Shown here piece by piece: positions 1 to 13,992 of a DNA stretch of 64,000 bases. Source of the DNA: Eledone cirrhosa. Lineage: Eukaryota. The DNA is taken from assembly GCA_964016885.1 (NCBI GenBank), contig OZ024746.1, positions 32,612,001 to 32,676,000 on the forward strand. The letters are read 5' to 3'. Made by a program: the position numbers and the translations under genes. How positions within the stretch are numbered: the first letter of the stretch is position 1; the number at the start of each line of letters is the position of its first letter. Under the pieces are notes generated by a model. That model was not told the DNA's origin, made no database searches, and worked only from the letters and a program-made list of their open reading frames with translations.

Positions 1-272
1 TTTCAGAGAGAGCGAGTTCAATGGATGTGAAGAGGCAAATCCATTGCTTGTGTCTAAAGGTGGGAGGAGTTTGTGCTATGATACTTTCCGTTTAGAGAAA
101 TTTTAGATTATCTCGAAACAGGGACAAAGACATATTCTTCTACATTCTATTTTTAAAGAGATGGTTATTAGCTGCTTAAAAGTAATGGAAACTATATCAA
201 TACAAATCTCATTAACAAGAGATTATACGTTTTTCAGGCTGCATATTCATGCTCATTTGTAATACACTGTAT

Positions 273-830
273 ACAGTGTACCCTCTGGCATTCGCAGTCC
301 TGATTATTCGCGGAATTTTCCTTAGAACCTAACCAATAATTGTTCGTGGAAACCACCGCATATTCGCGAATTCGTAAATATCTTCCGCGATTTTTTCAAT
401 GGCTTTTTACGTGGAAATATATATTTTTAACGCTAAATTATTAATAACAATATACCGTATTTGCCGAACTATTGGACACCCCTTCGCATAAGACGCTCAC
501 TCTATTTTTATTATATTTTACGTTATATATAAGGGCGGTGGTTTGGCAGTATCGGTAGAGAGTCGGACGCCATGAATTCCAGCATAGTTACGTCCCTTTA
601 CGGTCTGAGTTCAAATCCCGACGAGGTTTACTTTGCCTTTCATCCTTACGGGGTCGATAAAATAAAGTACCAGTAATGCACTGGGTAATTGCTGGCGTTG
701 TGCCTAAAGTAGAAACAATTATATTTTACGTTATATGTTGACGTTTATAGGCATTTTTATGGACCATGTCTAATATTCGCGGTGTTTCACTCTTTGCGGG
801 TGCTCTAGGAATACCGGGGGGACTGCTGTA
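273..830. mobile_element. Tc1/mariner (Tigger/pogo-like) MITE relic, interrupted by a SINE
   Basis: Begins TA|CAGTGTACCCTC and ends GGGGGACTGCTG|TA (imperfect TIR, TA flanks); recurring ATTCGCGG motifs; no ORF. Confidence 0.5.
533..718 (+). mobile_element. tRNA-derived Nin/Deu-domain SINE with 18-bp TSD
   Basis: A-box-like TGGCAGTATCGG, B-box GAGTTCAAATCCC, central GCCTTTCATCCTTACGGGGTCGATAAAATAAAGTACCAG; TTATATTTTACGTTATAT duplicated at 511-528 and 719-736. Confidence 0.9.
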
Positions 831-1048
831 TATATATATGTTTATGTATATGTATATATATGTTTATGTATATGTATATGTATATATATGTTTATGTATA
901 TGTATATGTATATATATGTTTATGTATATGTATATGTATATATATGTTTATGTATATGTATATATATGTTTATGTATATGTATATGTATATATATGTTTA
1001 TGTATATGTATATGTATATATATATGTTTATGTATATGTATGTGTGTG
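829..1048. repeat. compound (TA)/(TATG) microsatellite
   Basis: Direct reading. Confidence 0.95.
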
Positions 1049-1439
1049 TTAGCACAGCGATATTAACGGTGCAGCCATTACAAAACATTCGAAAGCAAAA
1101 TGATTACTAAACATAATATATACAAACAAACATGCAATACAAGTTATGTAATGCATGGAATGAAAGAAAACACTCTAAGCAAGGCAAAGAAAGCAACATT
1201 ATAAAACAAATATTTGAAAATAAATCATTACAAGTAGAGTAATGAGTCTTTCAGATTTCAAGTAGTACTTTTGTGAGATATCAAAATAACTGAATGTTTT
1301 GTGTTTTGAAAAATTGAAGTGTCTCTTTTGCAAAAGCTAGCCAAAAAGTTAGTTCAAATTTACAATACATGAGAATATTTTGTTGGTCCATAGACTCTTC
1401 TATAGCTTTTAATGGTAACAGTGTTTTTATCCCACTGAA

Positions 1440-1801
1440 TGTCAGTAGTGTGTGTCCGTGAAACATATACATATATACCAGGTCCGAACACAAAGGAATC
1501 AAACTCCCACTGTCACTGCCTCCGTCTCTCCCGCTCTCCGCATCTCTCACTATTATGAGCAAATGGGGGCCCACGTAGTGGTCGCCTCCACGACCTCGGT
1601 GGCACGGGTTTGAGAAAAATACCGCAAAACAAAATAAATCGAATTATCTACATATGCATTTTTCAATCGATCAACGCTTATAGTTTCTTTATGCCCGTGA
1701 ACATCAATTAAGAAGTCTTTTGGTTGGGCATTTACCAAACGAAGAGGCCCCACACATGCCGTTTGTACATATCTCTGAAAACCAACGACAGATAAATACA
1801 T
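1440..1801 (-). mobile_element. Gypsy-like LTR retrotransposon relic (integrase C-terminus plus LTR-like segment)
   Basis: ORF 1553-1801 contains GPLRLV..KDFLIDVHGHKETISVDRLKNAYVD, similar to the GPY/F...DRLKPA tail of Gypsy integrases; segment 1500-1575 recurs at about 5279-5355. Confidence 0.6.
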
Positions 1802-2008
1802 AGGACCAGTTATGGTAGTCTGTATCTAAATTACTGTGAATGGACGGGGAGCTAAATTCAGGAATTGAAACATGTACATCTATGCTTACAACTAGTTAGG
1901 TCTTCTACCGTTGAAATCTCATGGGTGCAGATTAACAGTTTATTAGATAATCAACTTCTTTTACTATATTCAAAAAATTCGTTCCCCCCAAAAGTATGTA
2001 GAAAGATG

Positions 2009-2013
<5 letters not shown>

Positions 2014-2107
<94 letters not shown>

Positions 2108-2290
2108 TGGATAGAGGGAGAGAGGGATAGAGAGAGAGGAGAAGGGAGAAAGGAGAAAAGAGAAAAACATAAAACAAGAACCTAAAATGCAGTGCGTCAG
2201 TTTTTTGTATTTAGGTACATGCCCTTCATTGTAAAGCAGGCAGAAAGTTAAAGAGAGAAAAACAAAAAAAGTTGGGTGAGAAATTGTGTA

Positions 2291-2358
<68 letters not shown>
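2014..2358. repeat. two (GA)n microsatellites
   Basis: Direct reading. Confidence 0.95.
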
Positions 2359-2361
<3 letters not shown>

Positions 2362-2574
2362 AATCCAACTGGAGAAGAGTTAAAAAAACGAGCCAATTTG
2401 GATAACGTTCAATCCACTCAATAAAAAAGAATCCACCCAAATCTAAATTCACGTGGTATGGGAAAGCTCTCAACGTCAGCACTTTTCTTTCCTGGCAAAA
2501 GTTATCTTTAATTGAACTGTCATTGTATTTCCTATCGTTGAAACAAGCAAATAGACGTGCTATATGTATGTTGA

Positions 2575-2828
2575 AGGATCTTTGTCATTTCCGATGACGG
2601 CTGTTCCAGCTGATTCAACCGAACTGTTTGCTCGTGAAATTAACGTGTAAGTGACTGAGCATTTCACAGACACGTGCACTGTCACACAATGCGTGACAAG
2701 ACTGGTCATTTTCAATTACACGTACAACACATTTTTGTTAGTTGCAACGTGAAATAAAGCGTCTTGCTAAAGGGCACAACAGGAATCGAACTCGTGAGAT
2801 CAGAACACTAATCACTACGCCACAAGCC
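2575..2828 (-). mobile_element. tRNA-derived CORE-type SINE
   Basis: Minus strand reads GAGTTCGATTCC (B box) then GTTGTGCCCTTTAGCAAGACGCTTTATTTCAC, resembling the start of the CORE domain; related fragments at 3711-3782 and about 60685-60762. Confidence 0.7.
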
Positions 2829-2880
2829 ATTAAGCACATTAACCCCCCCTCCCCACACATATATATATATATATATATAT

Positions 2881-3690
2881 ATGAATGTATATATAGTGTA
2901 TTTTGCAATACACTGTATGCTTAATTAAAAGCATTTCGAAGACCTTACTCTATTGTTTTAGAGTAGTGACAGTCTCACTAACTTCAATTTTCAGCAAACA
3001 GGGGAGATAAAGCTGACAGAGCTCTGTTTCGCACTTTTTGGTGCTTATCAAAGCTAACTACTCCGTCTGTTTGCTGAAAATCATGAATGTTTGATTCTTA
3101 TAGAATTCCAGTAATAATTAGGAACTGATTATACAGAGCGGTTGCCGGTCAGGCAGAAATTGAAAATTAGAATTGGTGCGCTGAAATAGCTATATATATA
3201 TGAATGTATATATAGTGTATTTTGGTGGGGGATGGCGTCCGATTCGTGACTACTCTAAAACAATAGCGTAAGGTCTTCGAAATGCTTTTAATTAATCATA
3301 CAGTGTATTGCAAAATACACTATATATGCATTCATATATATATATAGCTATTTCAGCGCACCAATTCTAATTTTCAATTTCTACCTGACCGGTAACCGCT
3401 CTGTATAATCAGTTCCTGATTATTACTGGAATTCTATAAGAATCAAACATTCATAATTTTCAGCAAACAGGCGGAGTAGTTAGCTTTGATAAGCACCAAA
3501 AAGGGCGAAACAGAGCTCTGTCAGCTTTATCTCCCCTGTTTGCTGAAAATTGAAGTAAGAGAGACTGTCACTACTCTAAAACAATAGAGTAAGGTCTTCG
3601 AAATGCTTTTAATTAAACATATAGTGTATTGCAAAATACACTATATATACATTCATATATGTATATCGCTATTTCAGAGCACCAATTCTA
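2881..3690. mobile_element. (TA)n-embedded PLE-type pLTR array: ~320-bp unit in tandem and inverted arrangement
   Basis: 2881-3200 is reverse-complemented at about 3346-3660, with partial units on both sides; each full unit carries a hammerhead motif. Confidence 0.75.
3482..3526 (+). ncRNA. type I minimal hammerhead ribozyme, U3-A8 core variant (mirror copy 3011-3055 on minus strand)
   Basis: AGCT-TTGATAA-GCAC caaaaa G(G/T)GC-GAAA-CAGAGCTCTG-TC-AGCT: stems I, II and III present, palindromic stem III, GUC cleavage triplet. Confidence 0.75.
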
Positions 3691-4321
3691 ATATATATAT
3701 ATATATATATTAGTGTTCTGATCTCACAAGTTCGATTCCTGTTGTGTCCTTTAGTAAGACGTTTTATTTCACGTTGCAACTCACGCGGTATAAACAAAAT
3801 GCTGCAACGAAAAATTCTTTATAACAAGATCGACCGAAACAAATCGGGGATGTTATTACCTCGAGTATTGGAAAAAAACGTTATGATGGTATTCGTTATA
3901 ACGGAATTTTACTTGTATATGTATATTCATAAAGAAAACGTATATCTATTCACTTAATTAGGGGGTTAAAATAACTGTGATTTTTCACACTATCGCTACA
4001 TAATAAATAACCATAATTTACAAATATAAATGCAAGGTTTCTGTTTTTTTTTACTTGTCTTATCAATGCCTTCATCAGACGTTCCTTCTTTCCTTCCTTG
4101 CTTCTTTCTTTCTTTTTCTTTCTTTTACTTTCTTTCTTTCTTTCTTTATTGTTTTTGTCATAGTTGTAAATTCAATAAACTAATTATTTTAATTATTAAT
4201 TAGCGACACAAATTAATGTATTCCATAAAAAAAAAAAACTTTTGAAATGAATATAAAATTTATAAAAAGAAAATCCATAGAAAATTAATTAAAATATTAG
4301 TCGAAGGAATAAAAACAAATA

Positions 4322-4371
4322 ACCAGCACCACCACCACCCCATCACCACCACAACCATCACCACCACCACC

Positions 4372-4457
<86 letters not shown>

Positions 4458-4520
4458 ACCACCACCACCACTACTACTACTACTATTACTACCACAACCA
4501 CCACTACCACCACCACCACG

Positions 4521-4564
<44 letters not shown>

Positions 4565-4615
4565 CACTACCACCACCACCACCACCACCACCACCACCAC
4601 CACTACTACTACTAT

Positions 4616-4696
<81 letters not shown>

Positions 4697-4697
4697 A
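4322..4697. repeat. (CAC)n/(TAC)n trinucleotide repeats
   Basis: Direct reading. Confidence 0.95.
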
Positions 4698-4721
4698 TGT
4701 AACAATACTATATGTAATGAG

Positions 4722-4862
4722 ACTGATTTCGTTTATTGGTCGCAAGAATTTATGACGTCCTGGACTACACAAAAATAGGATTCAAAGGAAAAGAAGGGAC
4801 AAAAAACAAAGAAGGGCTTACATGGAATAAAAAAGTGAGACCAACGAAACACAAGAAGCACG
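4722..4862 (-). mobile_element. Tx1-family 3' UTR fragment
   Basis: Minus strand TGTAAGCCC..TTTGTCCCTT..GCGACCAATAAACGAAATCA resembles the 3' ends of the two full Tx1 elements. Confidence 0.5.
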
Positions 4863-4876
4863 TTAATATATATATA

Positions 4877-4995
4877 ACGAAGGAAGTATGCTAAGGAACC
4901 AGCTGGACCATAACGCACCAGAGTACTCAATACAGTCTGGAAATAGCCGTCGAAACGGCTTGAGCTCTGCCGTCGGGGTCTTGAACATTTTCCTA
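4877..4995. mobile_element. (TA)n-embedded half-hammerhead fold-back mini-element, family A, copy 1
   Basis: AACGAAGGAAG..GGACCATAACGCACC tail followed by inverted arm AGCCGTCGAAACGGCTTGAGCTCTGCCGTCGGGG..CC|TATA; four more copies in the window. Confidence 0.8.
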
Positions 4996-5081
4996 TATAT
5001 ATATATATAGGCTCTGATACCATAAGGCTCTGATACCATCAACACTATAAACACAGAGCTGGCATATCTAAGAACTGACTA

Positions 5082-5137
5082 ACTGCCTGATGAGGTCATA
5101 GCCAGTCAATGGCTATCATTGAAATATATATAGCAGT
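5082..5137 (+). ncRNA. type I minimal hammerhead ribozyme in a (TA)n-flanked ~170-bp insert (5010-5183)
   Basis: ACTGC-CTGATGA-ggtc ATAGCCA gtcaa TGGCTAT catt-GAAA-TATATA-TA-GCAGT; perfect 5-bp stem I and palindromic stem III. Confidence 0.85.
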
Positions 5138-5224
5138 AAATAAAGGATTATGAGTTCATGCAATTGACTTATGTTTCGTCACTATATATATATATATAAT
5201 ACATACATACATACATATATATAA

Positions 5225-5820
5225 CATTGAAGTGAGTGTGTGTCATATAAACACCAGGACACTAAACACAAAAGAACTAAACTCCCACTGTCACTGCCTC
5301 CGTCTCAAGTGCGCTCTTCATCTGTCACTATTATGAGCAAATAGGGGCCCACGTGCTGACCGTCCCGCAGCCCCGTCGAACAGAGTAGAGAAGACGTTTC
5401 CCCGGAAGATGGTGAGGGAGACGCGCTGGAAGGGCCATTCCAGCCCGCGAGGCTCACATCAGCGTGTAGCCAACCCTATGCCGATGGTGGTGAGTAGAGC
5501 GGTGACTCTAGAGCCAAGGACACCATAAATATTAGGGAAGCAGCTATTTTGTTAACCCTTAGTTAATATTCTAACACCAAACTTCTTCACCAATCAAATT
5601 TCTTGAAATTTGAACTTTAAATAAACAGTATATCTTAAGGGACAGTCCGTGACTTGGTCCAGGCCGACATGACGGAGACGCCATTGCCCCAGAGGATGGC
5701 GAGGGATACACGCTGGAACAACTACTCCACCTCGTGGGGTGGGCACTCGCGGGTAGCCATTTCTGCTCCGATAGCAGAAAGTAAGAATGTGGTCCGGGGC
5801 CAAGAACGCCAGTAGTCAAA
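5225..5820 (-). mobile_element. LTR-element relic related to 1440-1600
   Basis: Shares ACTCCCACTGTCACTGCCTCCGTCTC..CACTATTATGAGCAAAT.GGGGCCCACGT with about 1500-1575; GC-richer than its surroundings. Confidence 0.45.
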
Positions 5821-5961
5821 TATTGTGGTTGATTTAATCAACTGGCCTTGTGCCTAAATTACAAATTATAATAATATACGACATAAATAATATAGAACAA
5901 CAAAGTAAGAAGAAGAACGTATACCAAGATTGAGGTGGCGACAAGCGTAGGCTGATTCAGG

Positions 5962-6243
5962 CAGAAACATAACTAGGGTATGGCAAGCATAGCACGTACC
6001 ATGGTCGCCACATGAAGGGGGCGCCACTTGGACTATGAGCACGTTCTATTAAAGTAAAATAAACCTCATCGGTGACTGAAAAAAGAAACTCCTTCAGATG
6101 TATGATCTATCTCTGATTATCATGGGTGAGAACACTAAACCATTTATATAAATTATTAAATCCATAGGCAAAAATACAGTGCTGAACAAGGACGCAATTT
6201 CACTGCTTGCCTTGGGCGCTATTTCCCCTAGTTATGCCTCCAT
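5962..6243. mobile_element. hAT-like MITE
   Basis: TIR CATAACTAGGG ... CCCTAGTTATG; no ORF. Confidence 0.6.
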
Positions 6244-6601
6244 ATTCAGGCACTCCACACGCAATCCTGGATAGTTAATATCCGTCTATTTAGCCATGCT
6301 AATGTTGCTTCTCTCCCCGAGCCGCTTTCATAAATTTACTGGAAATAGTACAAACCTCTCTACCCTCAATTTCTTCATCAAGTAGTACTTGAAGAAGCCT
6401 GAGAAAATATGTCTGTCGCAAGACTTTTAAGCACGTTCTCCACACAATTTCCTTCATCATAGCCACTAGGGAAAGGAAGGTACCCTCTCTGTCTAGAGAA
6501 AACAAAGCAGTGACCGCACGCAACTGCCGTCGCCAAAATTAATAATTATTTTTGAATGACTATTAAAATATCTCCTACTTTATGATTGGAGGTACAACAG
6601 A

Positions 6602-6737
<136 letters not shown>

Positions 6738-6791
6738 GAGATTTGTTTATTTTAATCCAAGAAATCATTGTTTACGATTATTATTTAATAA

Positions 6792-6976
6792 TTCTTTCTA
6801 CATTAGGCACAAGGCCAGCAATTACCCAGTGCATTACTGGTACTTTATTTTATCGATCCCGTAAGGATGAAAGGCAAAGTTAACCTCGGCGGGATTTGAA
6901 CTCAGAATGGCAAGGGCCGTAACTCTATGCGTCAAAACATGGCGTCCGACCCTCCTCCGATACTGCCAATCCACCG
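6792..6976 (-). mobile_element. Nin/Deu-domain SINE
   Basis: Reverse complement of the 533-718 family. Confidence 0.9.
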
Positions 6977-7006
6977 AATGTTATTACCACAGATAACGAA
7001 GACGTC

Positions 7007-7393
7007 GATGATGATGACAATGATGATGATGACAATGATAATGATGATGATGACAATGATAATGATGATGACAATGATAATGATGATGACAATGATGATG
7101 ATGATGACAATGATAATGATGACGATGATGATGATGACAATGATGATGATGACGATGATGATGATGACGATGATGATGATGATGACGATGATGATGATGA
7201 CGATGATGATGATGAGTATGATGATGATGATGATGATGACGATGATGACGATGATGACGATGATGATGATGATGATGATGACGATGATGATGATGATGAT
7301 GATGATGATGCTGATGATGACGATGATGATGATGACAATGATGATGATGATGACAATGACGATGATGACGATGATGACGATGATGATGATGAC

Positions 7394-7434
<41 letters not shown>

Positions 7435-7840
7435 GTATGATGATGATGACGATGATGATGATGATGATGAGAATGATGATGATGGTGATGATGATGGTGA
7501 TAATTAAATTAACTTCAATAAGGTCGATGTTAATGTCATCATTCTTATCATCATCATCATCATCGCGGTCACCATCGTCCGCAGCAACAGCAGCAGCAGA
7601 AACGCCGAAAGCTGCAGCAACGGCAGAATCCTCCTCCTCCTCCTCCTCCTCCTCCTCCTCCTCCTCCTCATCATCATCATCATCACAACCGTCCGTCGCC
7701 CCCACCACCATCATCACCGCCACCATCATCACTATCATTGTCACCATCACCACCACTACCACCACCATCATCATAACCCCCGACACCAACCTCTCACCAC
7801 CACCACCACCACCACCAGCACCAGCAGCAGCACCACCACC

Positions 7841-7871
<31 letters not shown>

Positions 7872-8145
7872 ACACCAGCACCACCACCACCACCACCAGA
7901 ACCAACACCACCACCACCACCAGCACCACTACCACCACCACCAGCTACACCACCACCACCACCAGCTACACCACCACCACCACCACCACCACCACCAGCA
8001 CCACCACCATCACCACCACCACCACCACCACCACCACCACCACCACCACCACCACCACCACGACGACCACCACCACCACCACCAGCACCACCACCACCAC
8101 CACAACCACCACCACCACCACCACCACCACCACCACCACCACCAT
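7007..8145. repeat. (ATG)n, (CCT)n and (CCA)n degenerate trinucleotide tracts
   Basis: Direct reading; explains the 452-aa and 422-aa pseudo-ORFs. Confidence 0.95.
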
Positions 8146-8391
8146 CAATAACATTATGTTTTTTTTCTGCATATATTTGTTCCAATAATGTTGAAAACAA
8201 TTATAATAATGTTTATATAAAATTTACAAGAAAATTAAATGAGAAACAATCATGTCGACTTATCTTCCGGCTACAAGTAGAATAAGTTAATTAAAGTCTG
8301 AAATATTTCTTATTTCCCTACAATATTTTCACACATATGGTGCCAGCTAACCTTTTTCCTACTCCGTATAGCTGTATACGCATGTGTGTAT

Positions 8392-9500
<1,109 letters not shown>

Positions 9501-9512
9501 TATCAATATCAA

Positions 9513-9567
<55 letters not shown>

Positions 9568-9568
<1 letters not shown>

Positions 9569-9650
9569 ATTTTACACGTTTTTATTGTATGTAAACTTCC
9601 CCCTTTGTATTTGTCCCCTTCTTTTGTGCCCCTGTGGCTAATAAAGAAAT
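9568..9650 (+). mobile_element. 5'-truncated Tx1 3' end inside (ATCT)n
   Basis: ATGTAAACTTCCCCCTTTGTATTTGTCCCCTTCTTTT..AATAAAGAAAT is near-identical to 38847-38907; (ATCT)n on both sides. Confidence 0.8.
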
Positions 9651-9651
9651 A

Positions 9652-9684
<33 letters not shown>

Positions 9685-9741
9685 GTCTATCTATCTATAC
9701 ATCTATGCATCTGTCCTGTCAACCAAATTCTCTCTTTCTCA

Positions 9742-9813
<72 letters not shown>

Positions 9814-9936
9814 ATATATGCATGAACAATACATTTACATGTTTACAGTCCCACACTCTCAACCCATCACACCCACCGACAGAATCATATGCACTCTAAC
9901 CTACATACACACATATACACACATACTCATATAGAC

Positions 9937-10063
<127 letters not shown>

Positions 10064-10340
10064 TATATATATATATATACACACATATCTATGCATATAG
10101 AATTATGCCTCAACCCATCTACAAATATTTCAAAGCTTTATAAATATTTGTTGATCAATTTTAATGAAAAATACCTCTCTAAAAATAATTATAGTGTACA
10201 CAATTATAGTATAGACTAGTGAATGTGTGTGAGCGTATCTACATACATATATGTCTATAGATACACGCACACACACATATGAATATAATATATAATGTAT
10301 ATATATATCTCTCTATCTCATTCTTTCTCTCTCTCTATTC

Positions 10341-10396
<56 letters not shown>

Positions 10397-10890
10397 CTGT
10401 GTGTGTATGTTTATGTGTGTATACAGCTAGAGAGGAAGAGAGGGAACGATAGAGAGAGAAAAAGAGAGATAGAGTGAGAGTGAGAGAGAGAGAAGATGAA
10501 ACGAGACGGTGAATGAGAGATAGAGAAGATGAAAGAGAGGGGAAAAAGGAAGAGAGAGAGAGAGAGAGCAAGATAGACAGATAGATAGAGAGAGAGAGAG
10601 AGAGGGAGAGTTATGTGAATTTTAAGTTTAGTCATATGTTGTGCATTTCCATATTTCAATACTGTGGCGCCGAGATTTCATATTTCAATACGAATGTAAA
10701 TCTTAACTTTGTATTGTGATGGTGTGTGACAAGTTCTAGGAAATTATAACTATATTTATTCAGAGAAACTTACGTAATCCCTGCCGACACATATACACAT
10801 ATACACATACACTTATGCATAATTTCTTTTGCCTTCTCTCACTCTCCTCCTAAGCTCTCTCATATCTATTTTTATACTATACAGTATAAT

Positions 10891-10945
<55 letters not shown>

Positions 10946-10946
<1 letters not shown>

Positions 10947-11354
10947 AGAACAAAAGATGGTTAAAGGAGTTCCATGTATTTTATTATGCGCATTTCAAAA
11001 ACAAACATCATCATGCAATAATATTTGTGTTTTCATCAGATAAAACAGGAGAACATGATATGAAGGCTAAAAAACACTTGTGGATAGTGCAGTTTTAAAT
11101 CAACATATCAACTGCACTATCCACAAGTGTTTTTTAGCCTTCATATCATGTTCTCCTGTTTTATCTGATGAAAACACAAATATTATTGCATGATGATGTT
11201 TGTTTTTGAAATGCGCATAATAAAATACATGGAACTCCTTTAACCATCTTTGATCTTTGATCTTATATTATGTATACTCCAGTCCTACAAACTGTAGAGT
11301 GCTTCTTATCCGATATCTGCATTGCTTTATTGTACTACAATAAAACTCACCTCC

Positions 11355-11358
<4 letters not shown>
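10946..11358. mobile_element. (TA)n-embedded fold-back PLE-type element with hammerhead
   Basis: ~143-bp essentially perfect inverted arms (about 10952-11094 and 11110-11251), 15-nt spacer, ~100-bp tail on the right arm only. Confidence 0.85.
11159..11225 (+). ncRNA. type I hammerhead ribozyme (mirror copy 10979-11045 on minus strand)
   Basis: TTTTAT-CTGATGA-long stem II-GAAA-TGCGCA-TA-ATAAAA. Confidence 0.85.
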
Positions 11359-11420
<62 letters not shown>

Positions 11421-11775
11421 TTATTAGAAATGTTAGCTATCGCCGTATTTTGACTAAAGAAATTAAAGAAATTATTTAGCCTGATAGTGGGGTTAAGAAC
11501 CCTCGGAGAAATGGAAAAAGATGAGTATTGACGTACATGGGAGTCGAACCCACATCTTTGGTTATCCGGACCACTGTGCTACCATAGTGGTCCGGATAAC
11601 CAAAGATGTGGGTTCGACTCCCATGTACGTCAGTACTCATCTTTTTCCATTTCTCCGAGGGTTCTTAACCCCACTATCAGGCTAAATAATTTCTTTAATT
11701 TCTTTAGTCAAAATACGGCGATAGCTAACATTTCTAATAATTTCAAATCCACTCGCTATTTCGAAAATATTCTTA
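11421..11775. mobile_element. (TA)n-embedded fold-back element with tRNA-like head
   Basis: ~155-bp inverted arms (11421-11575 and 11586-11740); T-arm GTGGG-TTCGACT-CCCAT; ~35-bp tail on the right; related 3' end at 17840-17932. Confidence 0.8.
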
Positions 11776-11780
11776 TATAT

Positions 11781-11936
11781 ATTGTTGTTATTGTTGCTGT
11801 TATTGTTGTTGCTGTTATTGTTGCTGTTGTTATTGCTGTTGTTATTGCTGTTGTCGGTGTTGTTGTTGTGTTGTTGATGTTATTGTTGTTGTTGCTGTTA
11901 TTGTTGTTGTTGTTGCTGTTTTTGTTGCTGTTATTG
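11781..11936. repeat. (TTG)n-derived degenerate microsatellite
   Basis: Direct reading. Confidence 0.9.
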
Positions 11937-11959
11937 TATATATATATATATATATATAT

Positions 11960-12796
<837 letters not shown>

Positions 12797-12992
12797 TAAT
12801 CTTACCTTAGCAAATTTGATAATCCCAAATATTTCGGGTTTAAAAACCCATTATCAAGAGAGTGTCCCTATGAGAGACCTAAAAGATCAATCAGATTTGA
12901 CTTGTTTGTTTGGAAAGTAGATTTAAGTTAAATGAAATGAAAAGACGTTAAAATTTCGAACGTGCACGTTGTGAAATGTATGATATATGCAT

Positions 12993-13140
12993 GTGCGTGC
13001 GTGAATGTAAGTGTGCTTAGTAGGACGTTTGTATGTGCGTGCGTGAATGTAAGTGTGCTTAGTAGGATGTTTGTATGTGTGTGCGTGAATGTAAGTGTGC
13101 TTAGTAGGATGTTTGTATGTGTGTGCATGGATGTAAGTTT
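12993..13140. repeat. 42-bp tandem repeat, about 3.5 copies
   Basis: GTGAATGTAAGTGTGCTTAGTAGG at 13001, 13043 and 13085. Confidence 0.9.
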
Positions 13141-13297
13141 ATGTAGTGAAAGGCGTGTCTGAATATGTATATAACAAAAAGGGAAAAATATGTGTGTGAT
13201 ATATGTGTGTGAGTCTAAGTGTGTTTGCCTAGTGAGGACATGATTTAATTTGAAAGAGAGAATTAAACTAGCCGCTGGGATGTTGGAATATAAGCTT

Positions 13298-13990
13298 TTA
13301 AATTAGCCATTCTGGTGCACTTCTTTCCATTCGATTATTGATCCTAGGTTTACATTGCTTGATTAAGAGGGCTTCCTTGATTCTCAGCTTGCCTATACTG
13401 CGTTCGGTAGCTAAGATTGTGGTGGTAATGTTGTCCCGGTTTCTGCATTTGATGATGTGTTTGTGGAAGGAAGAGGAGTTGGTGTTAATATGCTCTTTAA
13501 TACGGAGATGTAAGGGTCGAAGAGTGCTGTCTATGTAAAATAGATTGCACTTGTTACATTCTAGCCTGTATACTACGTAGGTACTTAGGCAACAATTAGT
13601 GTTGCGGATAGGGCAATTGGCTAGGGTGCGTCCGTTATCCTCATTGGGGGTTGCCTTGTGGAGAGGCATCTTCGCAGGGAAGGTCCAGAGTGAGCTAGTT
13701 TGATATTGAGGCCCTCTCTTTTGATATTGAGGCCTTCTCTTTTGATATTGAGGCCTTCTCTTTTGATATTGAGGCCCTCTCTTTTGATATTGAGGTCTTT
13801 TCTTTTGATATTGAGGCCTTATCTTTTGATATTGAGGCCTCTCTTTGCGTATGGCGTTGGTGGTTTCTTTGCTGAGATGTGGGATCTTGAAGAAGCAACT
13901 GTTGTTTGTGTTAGTCCGGTCTGAGACCCACTTAGGAAGCTCAAAACTCTGAACAATAGACGCATTGTAGCTAATGTTAACTTTAATGAT
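13298..13990 (-). pseudogene. PLE GIY-YIG endonuclease, C-terminal fragment
   Basis: NCPI..CC.STYVVYRLECNKCNLFYIDST.RPLHLRIKEH...HKH...LRIKEALLIK..KPRIN; YIG is mutated to YID; cut 5' by a SINE. Confidence 0.85.
13699..13845. repeat. 21-bp tandem repeat, 7 copies, inside the PLE ORF
   Basis: TTTTGATATTGAGGCC(C/T)TCTC; reads RPQYQKR in the PLE frame. Confidence 0.9.
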
Positions 13991-13992
13991 GG

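Larger units (their letters stand above)
12797..13990 (-). mobile_element. 5'-truncated Penelope-like element (GIY-YIG endonuclease end plus pLTR)
   Basis: GIY-YIG ORF followed downstream by a hammerhead-like TTGATAA-t-GGGTTT tt AAACCC-GAAA (minus strand, about 12823-12862), ending at a TA run. Confidence 0.8.

Noticed and set aside
6927-8285. 452-aa poly-M/S/P ORF and all YI-, CV-, RE-, LS- and poly-V ORFs in the track
   Set aside because: Stop-free translations of microsatellites; this one starts inside a SINE
11528-11635. Functional tRNA gene
   Set aside because: 5' acceptor strand is missing, the anticodon loop is non-canonical, and it lies inside a repeat family
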